A DNA stretch of 63,764 bases, filler included, from Welwitschia mirabilis (Eukaryota), in the NCBI GenBank assembly GCA_051453625.1. It is 5 parts of one record of this genome, joined end to end, with 100 filler letters (N's around TTAATTAATTAA, not from the genome) between each part and the next. Parts side by side here need not be neighbours in the genome. Positions count along the whole stretch, not along the records: positions 1 to 19,056 come from JBOZIK010000001.1; 4 more parts are not named here. One strand, given 5' to 3'. Below the pieces are notes generated by a model that saw nothing but the letters and a program-made list of their open reading frames with translations, was not told the origin of the DNA and made no database searches. Below, in pieces: positions 1 to 13,080 of this stretch. A program made the position numbers and the translations under genes. Numbering within the stretch: position 1 is the first letter of the stretch; the number at the start of each line of letters is the position of its first letter.

Positions 1-27
1 TATATGTATATATATATATATATATAT
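1..27. repeat. (TA)n microsatellite
   Basis: tatatgtatatatatatatatatatat at window start. Confidence 0.9.
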
Positions 28-39
28 TTTCTATTTTCT

Positions 40-260
40 TCACTACCTCATTCAGTAATCTATTGAATCGATTGCCTCATTTGATAATTTATGGGTTTCT
101 CATAATATTTTTTTCATATTTTCTCTTAATCCACTATCTCATTTGGTAATCTATGGAGTCCATTGCCTCATACAATGATCTATGGTTTTATCAATCCTAT
201 TGCTTCATTTAGTGATTTATGGATTCTCACATTCCACTGCCTCATTCAGTAATATGTGAA
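40..260. repeat. Degenerate minisatellite (~30-40 bp unit, core ttgcctcattYagtaatctatgg), probably LTR-internal
   Basis: About six imperfect copies of (ca)ttgcctcatt..gt(a/g)at(c/t)tatgg. Confidence 0.6.
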
Positions 261-990
261 ATACTCATATCATAAGATCACAAGAATCCAAGATATTAGA
301 AGAAGTATGAGTAAGATAAATTAACAAAAAATTATAGATCCTTAATAAGAATAAATTTAGATNNNNNNNNNNNNNNNNNNNNNNNNNNNNNNNNNNNNNN
401 NNNNNNNNNNNNNNNNNNNNNNNNNNNNNNNNNNNNNNNNNNNNNNNNNNNNNNNNNNNNNNTATAATGATCTATGATTTTAACAATCCCATTGCTTCAT
501 TTAGTGATTTATGGGTTCTCACATTCCACTACCTCATTCAGTAATATGTGAAATACTCATATCATAAGATCACAAGAATCTAAGGTATTAGAAGAAGTAT
601 GAGTAAGATAAATTAACAAAAAAGTGTAGATCCTTAATAAGAATAAATTCAAATACATTCTTATTTAATTTCTTAAAGATCTTCCAAGAAAATAATAGAA
701 ACTAGAATTCATTACTAAGATTGAAATTCATCAAAAATCGATAACACAAACATCTAAATNNNNNNNNNNNNNNNNNNNNNNNNNNNNNNNNNNNNNNNNN
801 NNNNNNNNNNNNNNNNNNNNNNNNNNNNNNNNNNNNNNNNNNNNNNNNNNNNNNNNNNNGTGTAGATCCTTAATAAGAATAAATTCAGATACATTCTTAT
901 TTAATTTCTTAAAGATTTTCTAAGAAAATAATAGAAACTAGAATTCATGACTAAGATTGAAATTCATCAAAAATCAATAACACAAACATC

Positions 991-1987
991 TAAACAATAT
1001 TAATATGATTGAAAAAAATTAACAAAAATAGAAATGCATAAAAAATACATACAAGAATAGGATCAATCAAGGATCCATAATCTAAATGGAACCATACAAA
1101 GATGCAAGAATTAACTAGAATTATAGCTACATTTGGATGCGATGTCTGAAGACTTTAAGAATCTTTTGATATTTTAAAGTACTAGCATTTTTCAAGCTTC
1201 GATTTTAAAGTTATTAATATTTGGTAATAAAGACTTTCTGAAAGATATGAAAATATGAGAAGAAGAAAGTATTATTTATAGTAAGAGGATGTTGGGGTGT
1301 CAAGAGATACAAGAATGTAAAGAGATGTCATTATCAGAAGAAAGTGACAACAATTCCATAACCTTAAATCATTAGATTTCCTAGCCACTAGATGCATAAT
1401 ATTTCATTATAACAAATAATAATGCTTATCATTCCACTATATTTAATTATTGAAATAAAAAATTAAAATGAAAAACCACATGATAATATTATTAATGCTA
1501 AATAAAGAAAGTGCAATAGTTACACAAGTAAAATAATATTAATACAAACACTAATTTAGCCACTATTTTAGCCACTATCGTAATCACTAATTTTAGCCAC
1601 TAATGTAACCAACAATTTAATCATTAACATAACCACTAATTTAACCACTAACATAACCAATAATTTAACAACTAATTTAACTACTAATGTAACCAATTAA
1701 TTTAACCACTAAAGATCATAATTAAATTACCAAGGATTTACTACAAGAAATGATATTATTAAGTATGGTTATTATAGCAAAGAAAGCACTTAAAATAATA
1801 ATTTCACTATAATAAATTTTCACAAAGTAATTTTATTACAAATAATAAGATAATAATAAAAGATAAATAAAGAATATATCAATTAAATTAGTTTAGTGAA
1901 CTCCACAACAATAAAGGTATTTTTAATTTAATTTTTACTTAAGTAATTGAGTTAAATCTTTTTAACCCTTAAAATATGAATGTAACA
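991..1987 (-). repeat. 3' LTR of the chromovirus element (may extend further left)
   Basis: Starts TGT on the minus strand right after the PPT; aligns by eye with 7131-8092; contains a taaccactaat tandem tract. Confidence 0.75.
1550..1712. repeat. 11-12 bp tandem repeat (taaccactaat/c) inside LTR
   Basis: Many imperfect copies; equivalent tract at 7625-7815. Confidence 0.85.
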
Positions 1988-2005
1988 TTTCTCTATCCCT
2001 TAAAA
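1988..2005 (-). promoter_or_regulatory. Polypurine tract (PPT)
   Basis: Reverse complement ggatgaaaaattttaagggatagagaaa|tgttaca, typical of a gypsy PPT-LTR junction. Confidence 0.75.
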
Positions 2006-5000
2006 TTTTTCATCCTTAAAACTTGAATAAGAAAGCTTAGTATTTACTATAATATATCTATTTCATATTCCCAAGTAGCTTTTTCTTCTATCTCTTCTAA
2101 TTATTGTACTTTATAATGTTGAATTTATCTTTGTTTGACTAAAAATTTCTCTTGAATCAAAATTTTAACTAGTCAAATGTAAATTTTATTTGAATATCCA
2201 CTTCTTAGCTATATTATCATAGATATTGAATTTATATCTTTGGAAATTAATGCAAAACCCATCTCTAAGAAACTTCAAATGACTTACTATAAGAAAGAAC
2301 TTAAAGTATGATTTTGTTAAACAAATCTTCCTTCAACAACATATAAATTATTTAATAAGATGTACTATCATCCACAAAAATTATTAATTGAGGATATTGA
2401 TCCTTGTAATAAGTATAATACTATTCACTTATTAAGTCTGAAATGATCAAGACTATACAAATTTTCTTTCTCTTTTATATGATCCTCTTATTGTCAATTC
2501 TCCTTTCTACCCCATTTGATTGTAATAGAGGATGGTCATCTTATGGATACATGACTTCCATGGTAAATATTTTAAAAGTTGCACTATGTATAGTAACTTT
2601 AAAATTTACAAAAAAAAACTTATTTGTTATATAGGACCTCTTAACCTTATCCATTTTTTAAGGTCATAATGATTATTATATTAGGAAAAACATTATAAAA
2701 TAGCATATCTTTTATGAGAGGCTAGATAAAAACCACTTAATTACTTTGTAAATAATTTCTAGAAACATAGTTAAACATACTTACAGATGGTTGAAAACCA
2801 TTCAATTTCATAAGCCAAAATATCTCAATGACTCCCTTTCTTTGATTAAAACCAAAATAAGCTTGGACTTATTAAATCCAAAACTATAAAATTAAATATT
2901 ATAACATAGTAATCTTTTACTCCAAATTGTGACCTTTACCTCTAAAGGTTTTATGTAGAAATTCCTCAAGCCTAGGCCCATATATTGTAAGTCTCTTCCT
3001 CCTGTCCTTTCTTTACTGCCTCTTCGACACTTTTTCTTATATAACCTAGTTGAATTTCCACTCAAAGATTAATATGTACAATGTATCACTTTGTAGGATA
3101 ATAAGTAAAAAATGTGTAAAATAAGATTAAAATTATAAATTTAGCTAGAGGAAATACATGGAAGATCTATCGATAAGACTTCTATTATGGTTAATNNNNN
3201 NNNNNNNNNNNNNNNNNNNNNNNNNNNNNNNNNNNNNNNNNNNNNNNNNNNNNNNNNNNNNNNNNNNNNNNNNNNNNNNNNNNNNNNNNNNNNNNACTAT
3301 CATCCACAAAAATTATTAATTGAGGATATTGATCCTTGTAATAAGTATAATACTATTCACTTATTAAGTCTGGAATGATCAAGACTATATAAATTTTCTT
3401 TCTCTTTTATATGATCCTATTATTGTCAATTCTCCTTTATACCCCATTTGATTGTAATAGAGGATCATCCTCTTATGGATACATGACTTCCATGGTAAAT
3501 ATTTTAAAAGTTTCACTATGTATAGTGACTTCAAAATTTACAAAAAAAACTTATTTGTTATACATGACCTCTTAACCTTATTCATTTTATAAGGTCATAA
3601 TGATTATTATATTAGGGAAAACATTATAAAATAGCATATCTTTTATGAGAGGCTAGATAAAAACCACTTAATTACTTTTGTAAAGAATTTCTAGAAACAT
3701 AGTTAAACATACTTACAGATGGTTCAAAACCATTCAATTTCATAAGCCAAAATATCTCAATGACTTTCTTGCTTTGATTAAAACCAAAATAAGATTGGAC
3801 TTATTAAATCCAAAACTATAAAATTAAATATTATAACATAGTAATCTTTCACTCCAAATTGTGACATTTACCTCTAAAGGTTTTATGTAGAAATTCCTCA
3901 AGCTTAGGCTCATATATTGTAAGTCTCTTCCTCCTATCCTTTCTTTAGTGTCTCTTCGACACTTTTTCTTGTATAACCTAGTTGAATTTCCACTCAAATA
4001 TTAATATGTACAATGTATCACTTTGTAGGATAATAAGTAAAAAATGTGTGAAATAAGTTTAAAATTATAAATTTAGCTAGAGGAAATACATGGAAGATCT
4101 ATCAATAAGACTGCTATTATTATTAATAAATAAGTAAATATCAATTAAAGTATTATCATATAAATAAAAGCTTAGAGTTAGGCTAATGTTATATAAGAAT
4201 AAATTAAGTAGATATACAAGAGATTTTTTATTGAGAGTAAGAAAAATTTATGGTAATAATGGAACTTCTTCATCATATATTCTTATAAGATCATATATTA
4301 TTAAAACTATTATTTTAAAAACCCAAAGATAAAGAATCAATAAGATACTTAAGAATTAGCAATTAAGCATACTTACAAAAGGTTTTGTCTCCTAGTTAAG
4401 AAAAGGAGATGGATGATGATATTTTAAGAAAAAATACCTTTAAATAAATGATAAATCACAAAGAAATTCTNNNNNNNNNNNNNNNNNNNNNNNNNNNNNN
4501 NNNNNNNNNNNNNNNNNNNNNNNNNNNNNNNNNNNNNNNNNNNNNNNNNNNNNNNNNNNNNNNNNNNNNNAATCAAAATAAGCTTGGACTTATTAAATCC
4601 AAAAATATAAAATTAACTATTATAACATAGTATTCTTTTACTCCAAATTGTGACATTTACCTGTAAAGATTTTATGTAGAAATTCCTCAAGCCTAGGCTC
4701 ATATATTATAAGTCTCTTCCTCCTGTCCTTTTTTTAGTGCCTCTTTGACACTTTTTCTTGTGTAACCTAGTTGAATTTCCACTCAAAGATTAATATGTAA
4801 AATGTATCAATTTGTAGGATAATAAGTAAAAAATGTGTGAAATAAGCTTAAAATTATAAATTTATCTGAGGAAATACATGGAAGATTTATCGATAAGACT
4901 GCTATTATTGTTACTAAATAAGTGAATATCAATTAAAGTATTATCATATAAATAAAAGCTTAGAGTTAGGCTAATGTTATACAAGAATAAATTAAGTAGA

Positions 5001-7130
5001 TATACAAGAGAGTTTTTATTGAGAGTGAGAAAAACTTATGGTAAGAATGGAACTTCTTCATCATATATTCTTATAAGATCATTTATTATTAAAATTATTA
5101 TTTTAAAAACCCAAACATAAAGAATCAATAAGATAATTAAGAATTAGCAATTAAGCACACTTACAAAAGGTTTTATCTCCTAGTTAAGAAAAGGAGATGG
5201 ATGATGATATTTTAAGAAAAAATACCTTTAAATAAATGATAAAGCACAAAGAAATTCTACTTTGTAAGATGTCCATATAAAACAAGAAAGTTATCACTAT
5301 GTCTATTACCAAAGCTATTGGCTGCAAGAGAGTTTCTTAATACAAAGGATGTAATAGACAACAAAATCAAGTGATGTGATCATAACAATCACAAAAATAT
5401 CTTCCTATAGTGATTCTTAGACTTACATAGTATACTCCTCATTTAGGCTCTTTGTAATTACTTAGACTTCTATATAAGATTATATTGTAAAAAACTCCTA
5501 TAGAGTTAATTTTCATAGGGATTTATAAAGAAATAAAAACTAGTAAGGTAGAACTTATTTATTTCAATGTCTATAGTACTTGGAACCTACCTCACTTGGA
5601 GGTTCTTTATAATTTTTTTATTTGTTGCATATATTAACAATCATATTCATAAAAAATGGCTTTACATTTTTGAAAATTAAAAGAACAAGTATTTGTAGAA
5701 TTTAAAGTTGTATTGGTATAAGTTGCAAGGAAATGTTAGATTTAAATTGGAAAGCCTCCTTACTAATACTAAAGGTTAATACAGTTCCAATTCATTTGTC
5801 TAGTTCTATGCGAAAAAAGCATCAGACACACATATCATTCCTCTATCTCTCCATGAGAAAATAAAGTATCTAAAAATGTAATAGAGCATTATTAGAGCAT
5901 GTAAGATCCATGGTTATTAGTGTTCATTTTACTAAACAGTTTTGAGCTAATGATATTTTTAACATCTACTTACCAAGGGAGTGAATCTCTTCATTCCATA
6001 TTAGATAATTTAGTTCTAAAAACTTAGTGGAATGCAAATTAAGTCTCTTATAGGCACATAAAGGTCTTTGATTGTAACATGGATGTGTATGTATAAAAAG
6101 AATATTGAACAAGGCTATCAGATAAAGCCAAAAGGTGTTTTTCATGATTTTCATGGGTTATAGTTAAGATAAGTTCTACTACAAATAGTGGAATCATAAA
6201 AGCAAGTTGTTTGTTAAGTCATAAGACATGAAGTCTAGGGAAAATGTAATGGCTTATCACAGTGAAGATAAAAACTTGAGTTAATTTTACTCTAGACTCT
6301 AGAATAAAGAAAACATACCTCTTTTAAGGCTAAGAAAAAATGAAAAATAAGAGTAACTTATTGTTAGTCCCAATTCCATGGTAGAAAATAGGGATAATAG
6401 CATGAACAATGAAAGTTATTCAAATGAAAATGAAAAAGAAGGATATGAAAAATATATTGAACCTCTCATTGGATAAGACATTTAATTAGAACATCATGTG
6501 CCCCTAAAAGGTTTTCTCCTTGTTCCTCCTTCTTTACATTAGGTTATGTAGACACATAGTATGGAAAAAAATAATACAAATATTCTAGTTATCTTAAGAT
6601 GGCATGAATAATAACTAGCAAATTAGTGATTAATAATCTAACGAGTAGCATGAGTTAATAAAAAAGTGAATGTTGAGAGTAATAATAATGACATATTTTC
6701 TAAGAGTTCTTTAAAATATAACCCAAGGTTCTTCTTGAAAGACATATAAAAATCCCAAAGAATGGACATAAATAGTAAGAAAAATTAATATATTGGACAT
6801 CAAAGAAGACCTAGAACAATGAATTCAAAAATTATGTGTGCATAATTGACACAAAAATAGTAAAAGTTCTTGTATATTTAAAGCCAAGGTTTAGTTTGTC
6901 TGACCTATTGTATTATTTACTGATATCATCATCCTTGTCTCTAGGGACTTCATTTCCATTGTAAGTAAAACTATAACAAGAGTGCATTCCTAGTTTTAGA
7001 AGCATGTGGTATCTTAAAATGGTTATTTAGTTTAATAAGTTTTAGAATATGTATAGCTTGAATTCCCACATTGCAAAGTGCCATTGGCAATGGAGTATTT
7101 GATGATCATGAGCCTCTAGCTTACAAAAAT

Positions 7131-8092
7131 AAACCTTAATATGATTACAAGAAAAAGGAACAACAGAAATGCATATAAAGATGCATATAAGAGTAGGACC
7201 AATCAAGGATGCAAGAATTAAATGGGACCATACAAAGATGCAAGAATTAATATTTCAAATCTCCAAAGTTTTTCAAGCTCCAAGTTTAAAGTCATCAAGA
7301 TTCAATAACAAAGGCTTTTTTAAAGATATAAAAATACAAGAAGGAGGAAATTCTATTTATAGTAATAGGATGTAGGGATATGAATAAATACAATAATATG
7401 AAGAGATACCATCATAAGAAAAAAGTGGTAACAATTCCATTACCTTAAATCATTACATTACTTGGACACTGGGTACATAATACTTTATTATAAAAAATAA
7501 TAATGCTTATCATTTCATTAGATTTAATTATTAAAATATAGAGTTAAAATGAGCCATAAATAATAATACTTTCCATATTAAATAAATAAAAGTACAATAG
7601 TTGTATAAGAAAAATAATATCAATATAACCACTAATTTATCCACTATTATAGCCACTAACATAACCACTAATTTTAGCCACTAAAGTAACCGATAATTTA
7701 ACCACTAATGTAACTACTAATTTAATCACTAACATAACCCCTAATATAACCACACAATACTCTAACCATTAATTTAACAATTAATTTAACCACTAACATA
7801 ACCACTAATTTAATCAATAAAGATCATATTAAATTATCAAGTATTTACTACACAAAATAATATTATTAATTATGGTTGTTATAACAAAGAAAGAACTTAA
7901 AATAATAATTGTAGCATAATAAATTTTCATAAAGTAATTATATTCAAATAATAAAATAATAATAAAGGATAGATAAATAATATAACAACTAAATTAGTTT
8001 AGTGGACTCCATAGTAACAAAGTTATTTTTAATTTAGGTTTTACTTAATTAATCAAGTTAAGTTTTTTCGACCCTTAAAATCTAGACATGAT
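7131..8092 (-). repeat. 5' LTR (partial) of the chromovirus element
   Basis: Homologous to 991-1987; the match ends at acccttaaaatctagacatgata; no recognisable PBS next to it. Confidence 0.75.
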
Positions 8093-8099
8093 ACTTGAA

Positions 8100-9960
8100 C
8101 TAGTTTGTTTTTGAGTTTTAGTAAGTTTTCATTCTAACATTGAATATCATTTCCATATCATATATTCTATGTTATAGGTCTAATGAATTTTCTATAGGTT
8201 ACAACATAAAAGAGGATTAAAAAATAAAATTATGAAATCTCTATGACTTATTCTGTAAGTTTTCATTTTAGTAACTAGATCCTATTTTTATTACATTTTA
8301 GTCTTTTAGTTAAAATTATAAAAATAAAAAAAATTTATAGGATTTTTGCATAAGTATTGTTTCATTTTATTTCACTGTAGCTTTAATTTTTATTATTCAT
8401 TTTCTGTGATTAACTATATGAAACATTTTATGTAATTCTAAAAATAGCATAGTTTTTTTTTTAGAGTATTTCTCCTTAAAATACTAGTATCACTACCATA
8501 CCTAACTAGTACCATTGACCTTCTTTCATATAACCCCTTCAAACTTTACATACAACCTATCTTAGACCTCCTAAACTTTTTTAATATTAGGCCCTTTTTA
8601 AAATATTGAATGGTTGTGAAAAAATAATTATACAGTGAATTTTATAGACCATTTTTTGAAATGTGATATGGGTTGAACATGTGATCCTTTTTATAGGTTA
8701 TATGAAATCTTCTGAACCTCAAATGAATTCTATCGCTAAAAGCACATATTTCTATGGAAATTATGAAAATCTTTATAATTTTAGTAATCATGTTCAATTC
8801 AAATAAACCATAGGAGATTACCTTTGGCTTAAGAAAACTCTAATGGATTATCTGTAACTTAAATAATATCATGTCCCATTATCTTATTACAATTCATATC
8901 ATTTTAAACCTCTAAATCCTCCCGAAATTAGACGAACCTTTATAGATTATCTTCAAAACTAGAATCACCTCCATAAAAAGATCAATCTATTTTTAGTTCT
9001 TCATTTGGAAACCCTTACTTTGCATTAAAAAAATTTGATCTTGTGAATTTTATCATCCCTTATAACCATTATCCTTTATCATCTTCTTAGTTCCCTTCAC
9101 ATCCTAATCCTAATCCTTCATTTTCTCACAAATGCCCTTCATCTCTCAAAACTCACCAACATTCATTGTCTATTATATGAGGAATAATTAAGGAAATTCA
9201 TGAAATTCCAAGCCCAAGTTAACCTTAATCATTAATAAATTCTTAGAAAACATTCCTCTTCTTTGAATAGACTTGAATAGACCAACTAGTAACATGATTC
9301 CTCTATTAACAAGCTTGAGAAAATTATTGGCCAAATTCTCTAGTCTTTGAATCATAGTAAACCTAATAAAGAACCTAAGCTAAATCAATATGAAGAGAAC
9401 AAGTCTTCTACATCCCTTGAACCTAGTCCTAAAAACCTTAAAAAAATTTAGGATGATTAAAATAATGAAATTTAAATCATGTCATTTAGAAGTGAGAATG
9501 AAACACATGAATATCTTAAGGATAAACATTTATTTGAAGATGAGTCATCACTTGATGAAAGTCAATCCTTTGAGGGGAGTTATACATAAGAGGAGGAGTT
9601 GATAACTAATATTAATGAGAATAATATTAAAGAAAAATATTTCTTTGAGTTATAACCATTATCTCATAAGTAATCACATGAGGAGGAATCCTTAACAATG
9701 TTAATAAAGAGGAGAATATTAACATTAGATTCATACTTGACTCATCTTATGAGAAACCTTTGTCTTTTTCTCAACAACTTCATGAACCAATAATTTTATC
9801 TTTATCTTTATCTTCTAAGTAAGACTCTAGCATTAGAACCATCTTTTGATAATTTTTTAATGAACATTTATCTTCTTTAATGGTTTTCAACTTACCTTTG
9901 TCTTCACCTCAAATGATGTTTTTAATAAGCTATTAAGAAAGCATAAAAAAGTTAAATAAT
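8100..9960 (+). pseudogene. Athila-like gag C-terminal/linker remnant
   Basis: EE*LRKFMKFQAQVN (~9180) and SINKLEKIIGQIL*SLN (~9303) resemble the Athila gag-protease linker (SIxNLExQxGQ); many stops. Confidence 0.45.
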
Positions 9961-10029
9961 GGACTATTTTTAAAGTTGAATGAATAAATATTACTACTTG
10001 TGTTGATGTTCTTTCTTATTTCATGGACC

Positions 10030-11800
10030 GATGCATAAAATTTTACATGAAGTCTCTCTCAGTCCATAATGCTTTACATAATCCTCATTAGTCACTACAA
10101 CTATGTGGCTTGGGAGGATAGTAATATTGTGGCCTCGAATTGTAGCTACTATCATATCCACAAGCTAGCCATGGGCATTAGGATGATACTCTATATGCAT
10201 TGTGTCATAAAACTTCCTAGTCTTAAATATATAGTACATTCTCTATGCATCTAATTTCCACTAGAGCCATAAGTCAGTTAATCACTAGTCTACCTTTGGC
10301 TCTATACGTGTCATAAAATCATTAGAATACCTCTCGACACAAATGACCATGATTCAGATGGTAAGTGATGTAGCATGTCAAGGTGGAGGATGGATCAGCT
10401 CTACATGCTCAACCTTTGCTGGTGTCAATGGACCTGTCTCTTACTCAGTANNNNNNNNNNNNNNNNNNNNNNNNNNNNNNNNNNNNNNNNNNNNNNNNNN
10501 NNNNNNNNNNNNNNNNNNNNNNNNNNNNNNNNNNNNNNNNNNNNNNNNNNAATGTATAAATAAAATGACTTGCCTATCTAAAGTTAGATCTACTGGTATG
10601 TTAAGTGCTACATCGTAAACATGGTGCTTCTCTGTGCTACTAGCTAAATGTATATGCATACTACCAGTACCACCAAGATTAGTCACTACAACTATGTGGC
10701 TTACAAGGATAGTAATCTTGTGGCCTCAAATTGTAGCTACTATCATATTCATAAGCTAGCCATGGGCATCAGGACGATACTCTATATGCATCGTGTCATA
10801 AAACTCCCTAGTCTTAAATAGATAGTACATCCCCTATGCATCTAATTTTTACCAGAGCTATAAGTCAGTTAATCATTAGTTTACCTTTGGCTCTAAACAT
10901 CTCATAAAATCATTATAATACCTCTCAACACAAATGACCATGATTCATATGGTAAGTGATCTAGCATGTCAAGGTGGAGGATGGATCAACTCTACATGCT
11001 CAACCTTTGGTGATGTCAATGAACTTGTCTCTTACTTAATAGCCTTAGCCTCTATATCAGCCTATCTAACTCTACATTTACATGACCTACTTAGTCATAA
11101 ATATAAAAAATGTCATGCCAAATCAAGTGGAAATCTCTAATATGTATCACGTAAAAGCTTAAAATGACCCCATAAATTAATTTTTAGTATGTAAAAAATG
11201 CAAAATATGTCCNNNNNNNNNNNNNNNNNNNNNNNNNNNNNNNNNNNNNNNNNNNNNNNNNNNNNNNNNNNNNNNNNNNNNNNNNNNNNNNNNNNNNNNN
11301 NNNNNNNNNNNNCTACTATCATATCCACAAGCTGACCATGGGCATCAGGACGATACTCTATATGCATTGTGTCATAAAAGTCCCTAGTCTTAAATAGATA
11401 GTACATCCCCTATGCATCTAATTTCCACCAGAGCTATAAGTCAGTTAATCATTAGTCTACCTTTGGTACTACACATCTCCTAAAATCATTATAATACCTC
11501 TCGACACAAATGACCATGATTCAGATGGTAAGTGATCTAGCATGTTAAGGTGGAGGATGGATCAGCTCTACATGCTTGACCTTTGTTGGTGTCAATGGAC
11601 CTGTCTCTTACTCAATAGCCTTAGCCTCTATCTCGGCCTATCTAACTCTACATTTACATGACCTACTTATTCATAAATATAAAAAATGTCATGCCAAATC
11701 AAGGGGAAATCTCTAAGATGTATCATGTAAAAGCTCAAAATGACCCCCATAAATTAATTTTTAGTATGTAAAAAATGTAAAATATGTCCTACTCCTCAAT
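10030..11800 (-). pseudogene. Athila-type env-like/extra ORF remnant, present as three overlapping assembled copies
   Basis: Minus-strand translation MYYLFKTRDFYDTMHIEY...MIVATIRGHNITILPSHI fits the YxxLVREFYxN...VRGxxI pattern of Athila extra ORFs; locally higher GC. Confidence 0.55.
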
Positions 11801-13080
11801 CTTAAAACTATCTATACATCTTGTATTACCTACTCATGTGAAGAAANNNNNNNNNNNNNNNNNNNNNNNNNNNNNNNNNNNNNNNNNNNNNNNNNNNNNN
11901 NNNNNNNNNNNNNNNNNNNNNNNNNNNNNNNNNNNNNNNNNNNNNNATTACCTATTCATGTGAAGAAAAATTAAAAACATATAAAAGATCAAAAAGTGTA
12001 AATTAAGTGAGCCCACATAAAGTAAAAAATAAAAGTATTCAAATGAAAATATAGTCTACTAAAAAAATAGAGCACATTATACTAATTAATTTCCTATAAA
12101 GGACTATTATGTTTTGACTTACAGTTTATGAAAAATTAATTTTAAAGTTAAACATCTAATTTTACCATGTAAAGCATAAAATTCATCATAACTTTTAAAA
12201 TACAAGGTGAAAATTAGATATGTAATTTCCAAATTAAAGAGCATGAAAAATTGGATAACATACATAAAAATTGTATGTTGAAACACTTAAAAATGGGAGA
12301 AAAAATTTAATGAATAANNNNNNNNNNNNNNNNNNNNNNNNNNNNNNNNNNNNNNNNNNNNNNNNNNNNNNNNNNNNNNNNNNNNNNNNNNNNNNNNNNN
12401 NNNNNNNNNNNNNNNNNNNNNNNNNNNNNNNNNNNNNNNNNNNNNNNNNNNNNNNNNNNNNNNNNNNNNNNNNNNNNNNNNNNNNNNNNNNNNNNNNNNN
12501 NNNNNNNNNNNNNNNNNNNNNNNNNNNNNNNNNNNNNNNNNNNNNNNNNNNNNNNNNNNNNNNNNNNNNNNNNNNNNNNNNNNNNNNNNNNNNNNNNNNN
12601 NNNNNNNNNNNNNNNNNNNNNNNNNNNNNNNNNNNNNNNNNNNNNNNNNNNNNNNNNNNNNNNNNNNNNNNNNNNNNNNNNNNNNNNNNNNNNNNNNNNN
12701 NNNNNNNNNNNNNNNNNNNNNNNNNNNNNNNNNNNNNNNNNNNNNNNNNNNNNNNNNNNNNNNNNNNNNNNNNNNNNNNNNNNNNNNNNNNNNNNNNNNN
12801 NNNNNNNNNNNNNNNNNNNNNNNNNNNNNNNNNNNNNNNNNNNNNNNNNNNNNNNNNNNNNNNNNNNNNNNNNNNNNNNNNNNNNNNNNNNNNNNNNNNN
12901 NNNNNNNNNNNNNNNNNNNNNNNNNNNNNNNNNNNNNNNNNNNNNNNNNNNNNNNNNNNNNNNNNNNNNNNNNNNNNNNNNNNNNNNNNNNNNNNNNNNN
13001 NNNNNNNNNNNNNNNNNNNNNNNNNNNNNNNNNNNNNNNNNNNNNNNNNNNNNNNNNNNNNNNNNNNNNNNNNNNNNNNN

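Larger units (their letters stand above)
991..8092 (-). mobile_element. Degenerate chromovirus-type (Tekay-like) Ty3/gypsy LTR retrotransposon
   Basis: Direct repeats 991-1987 and 7131-8092. On the minus strand a PPT (ttttaagggatagagaaa) abuts tgttaca at 1987. Chromodomain-like KVQ*LEEIEEKATWE near 2065-2112. RT remnants MSYDLTN..AFM and FVVELILTITHENHEKHL at 6132-6230. Internal length is inflated by gap-flanking duplicates. Confidence 0.8.

Noticed and set aside
363..990. Gap-flanking duplications as genuine tandem repeats
   Set aside because: They systematically abut fixed 100-N gaps, as expected for unmerged overlapping contigs.
5278..5320. Plus-strand copia RNase H-like KQ..V..S.T.A
   Set aside because: Needs a frameshift, has no supporting neighbours and lies inside a minus-strand gypsy element.
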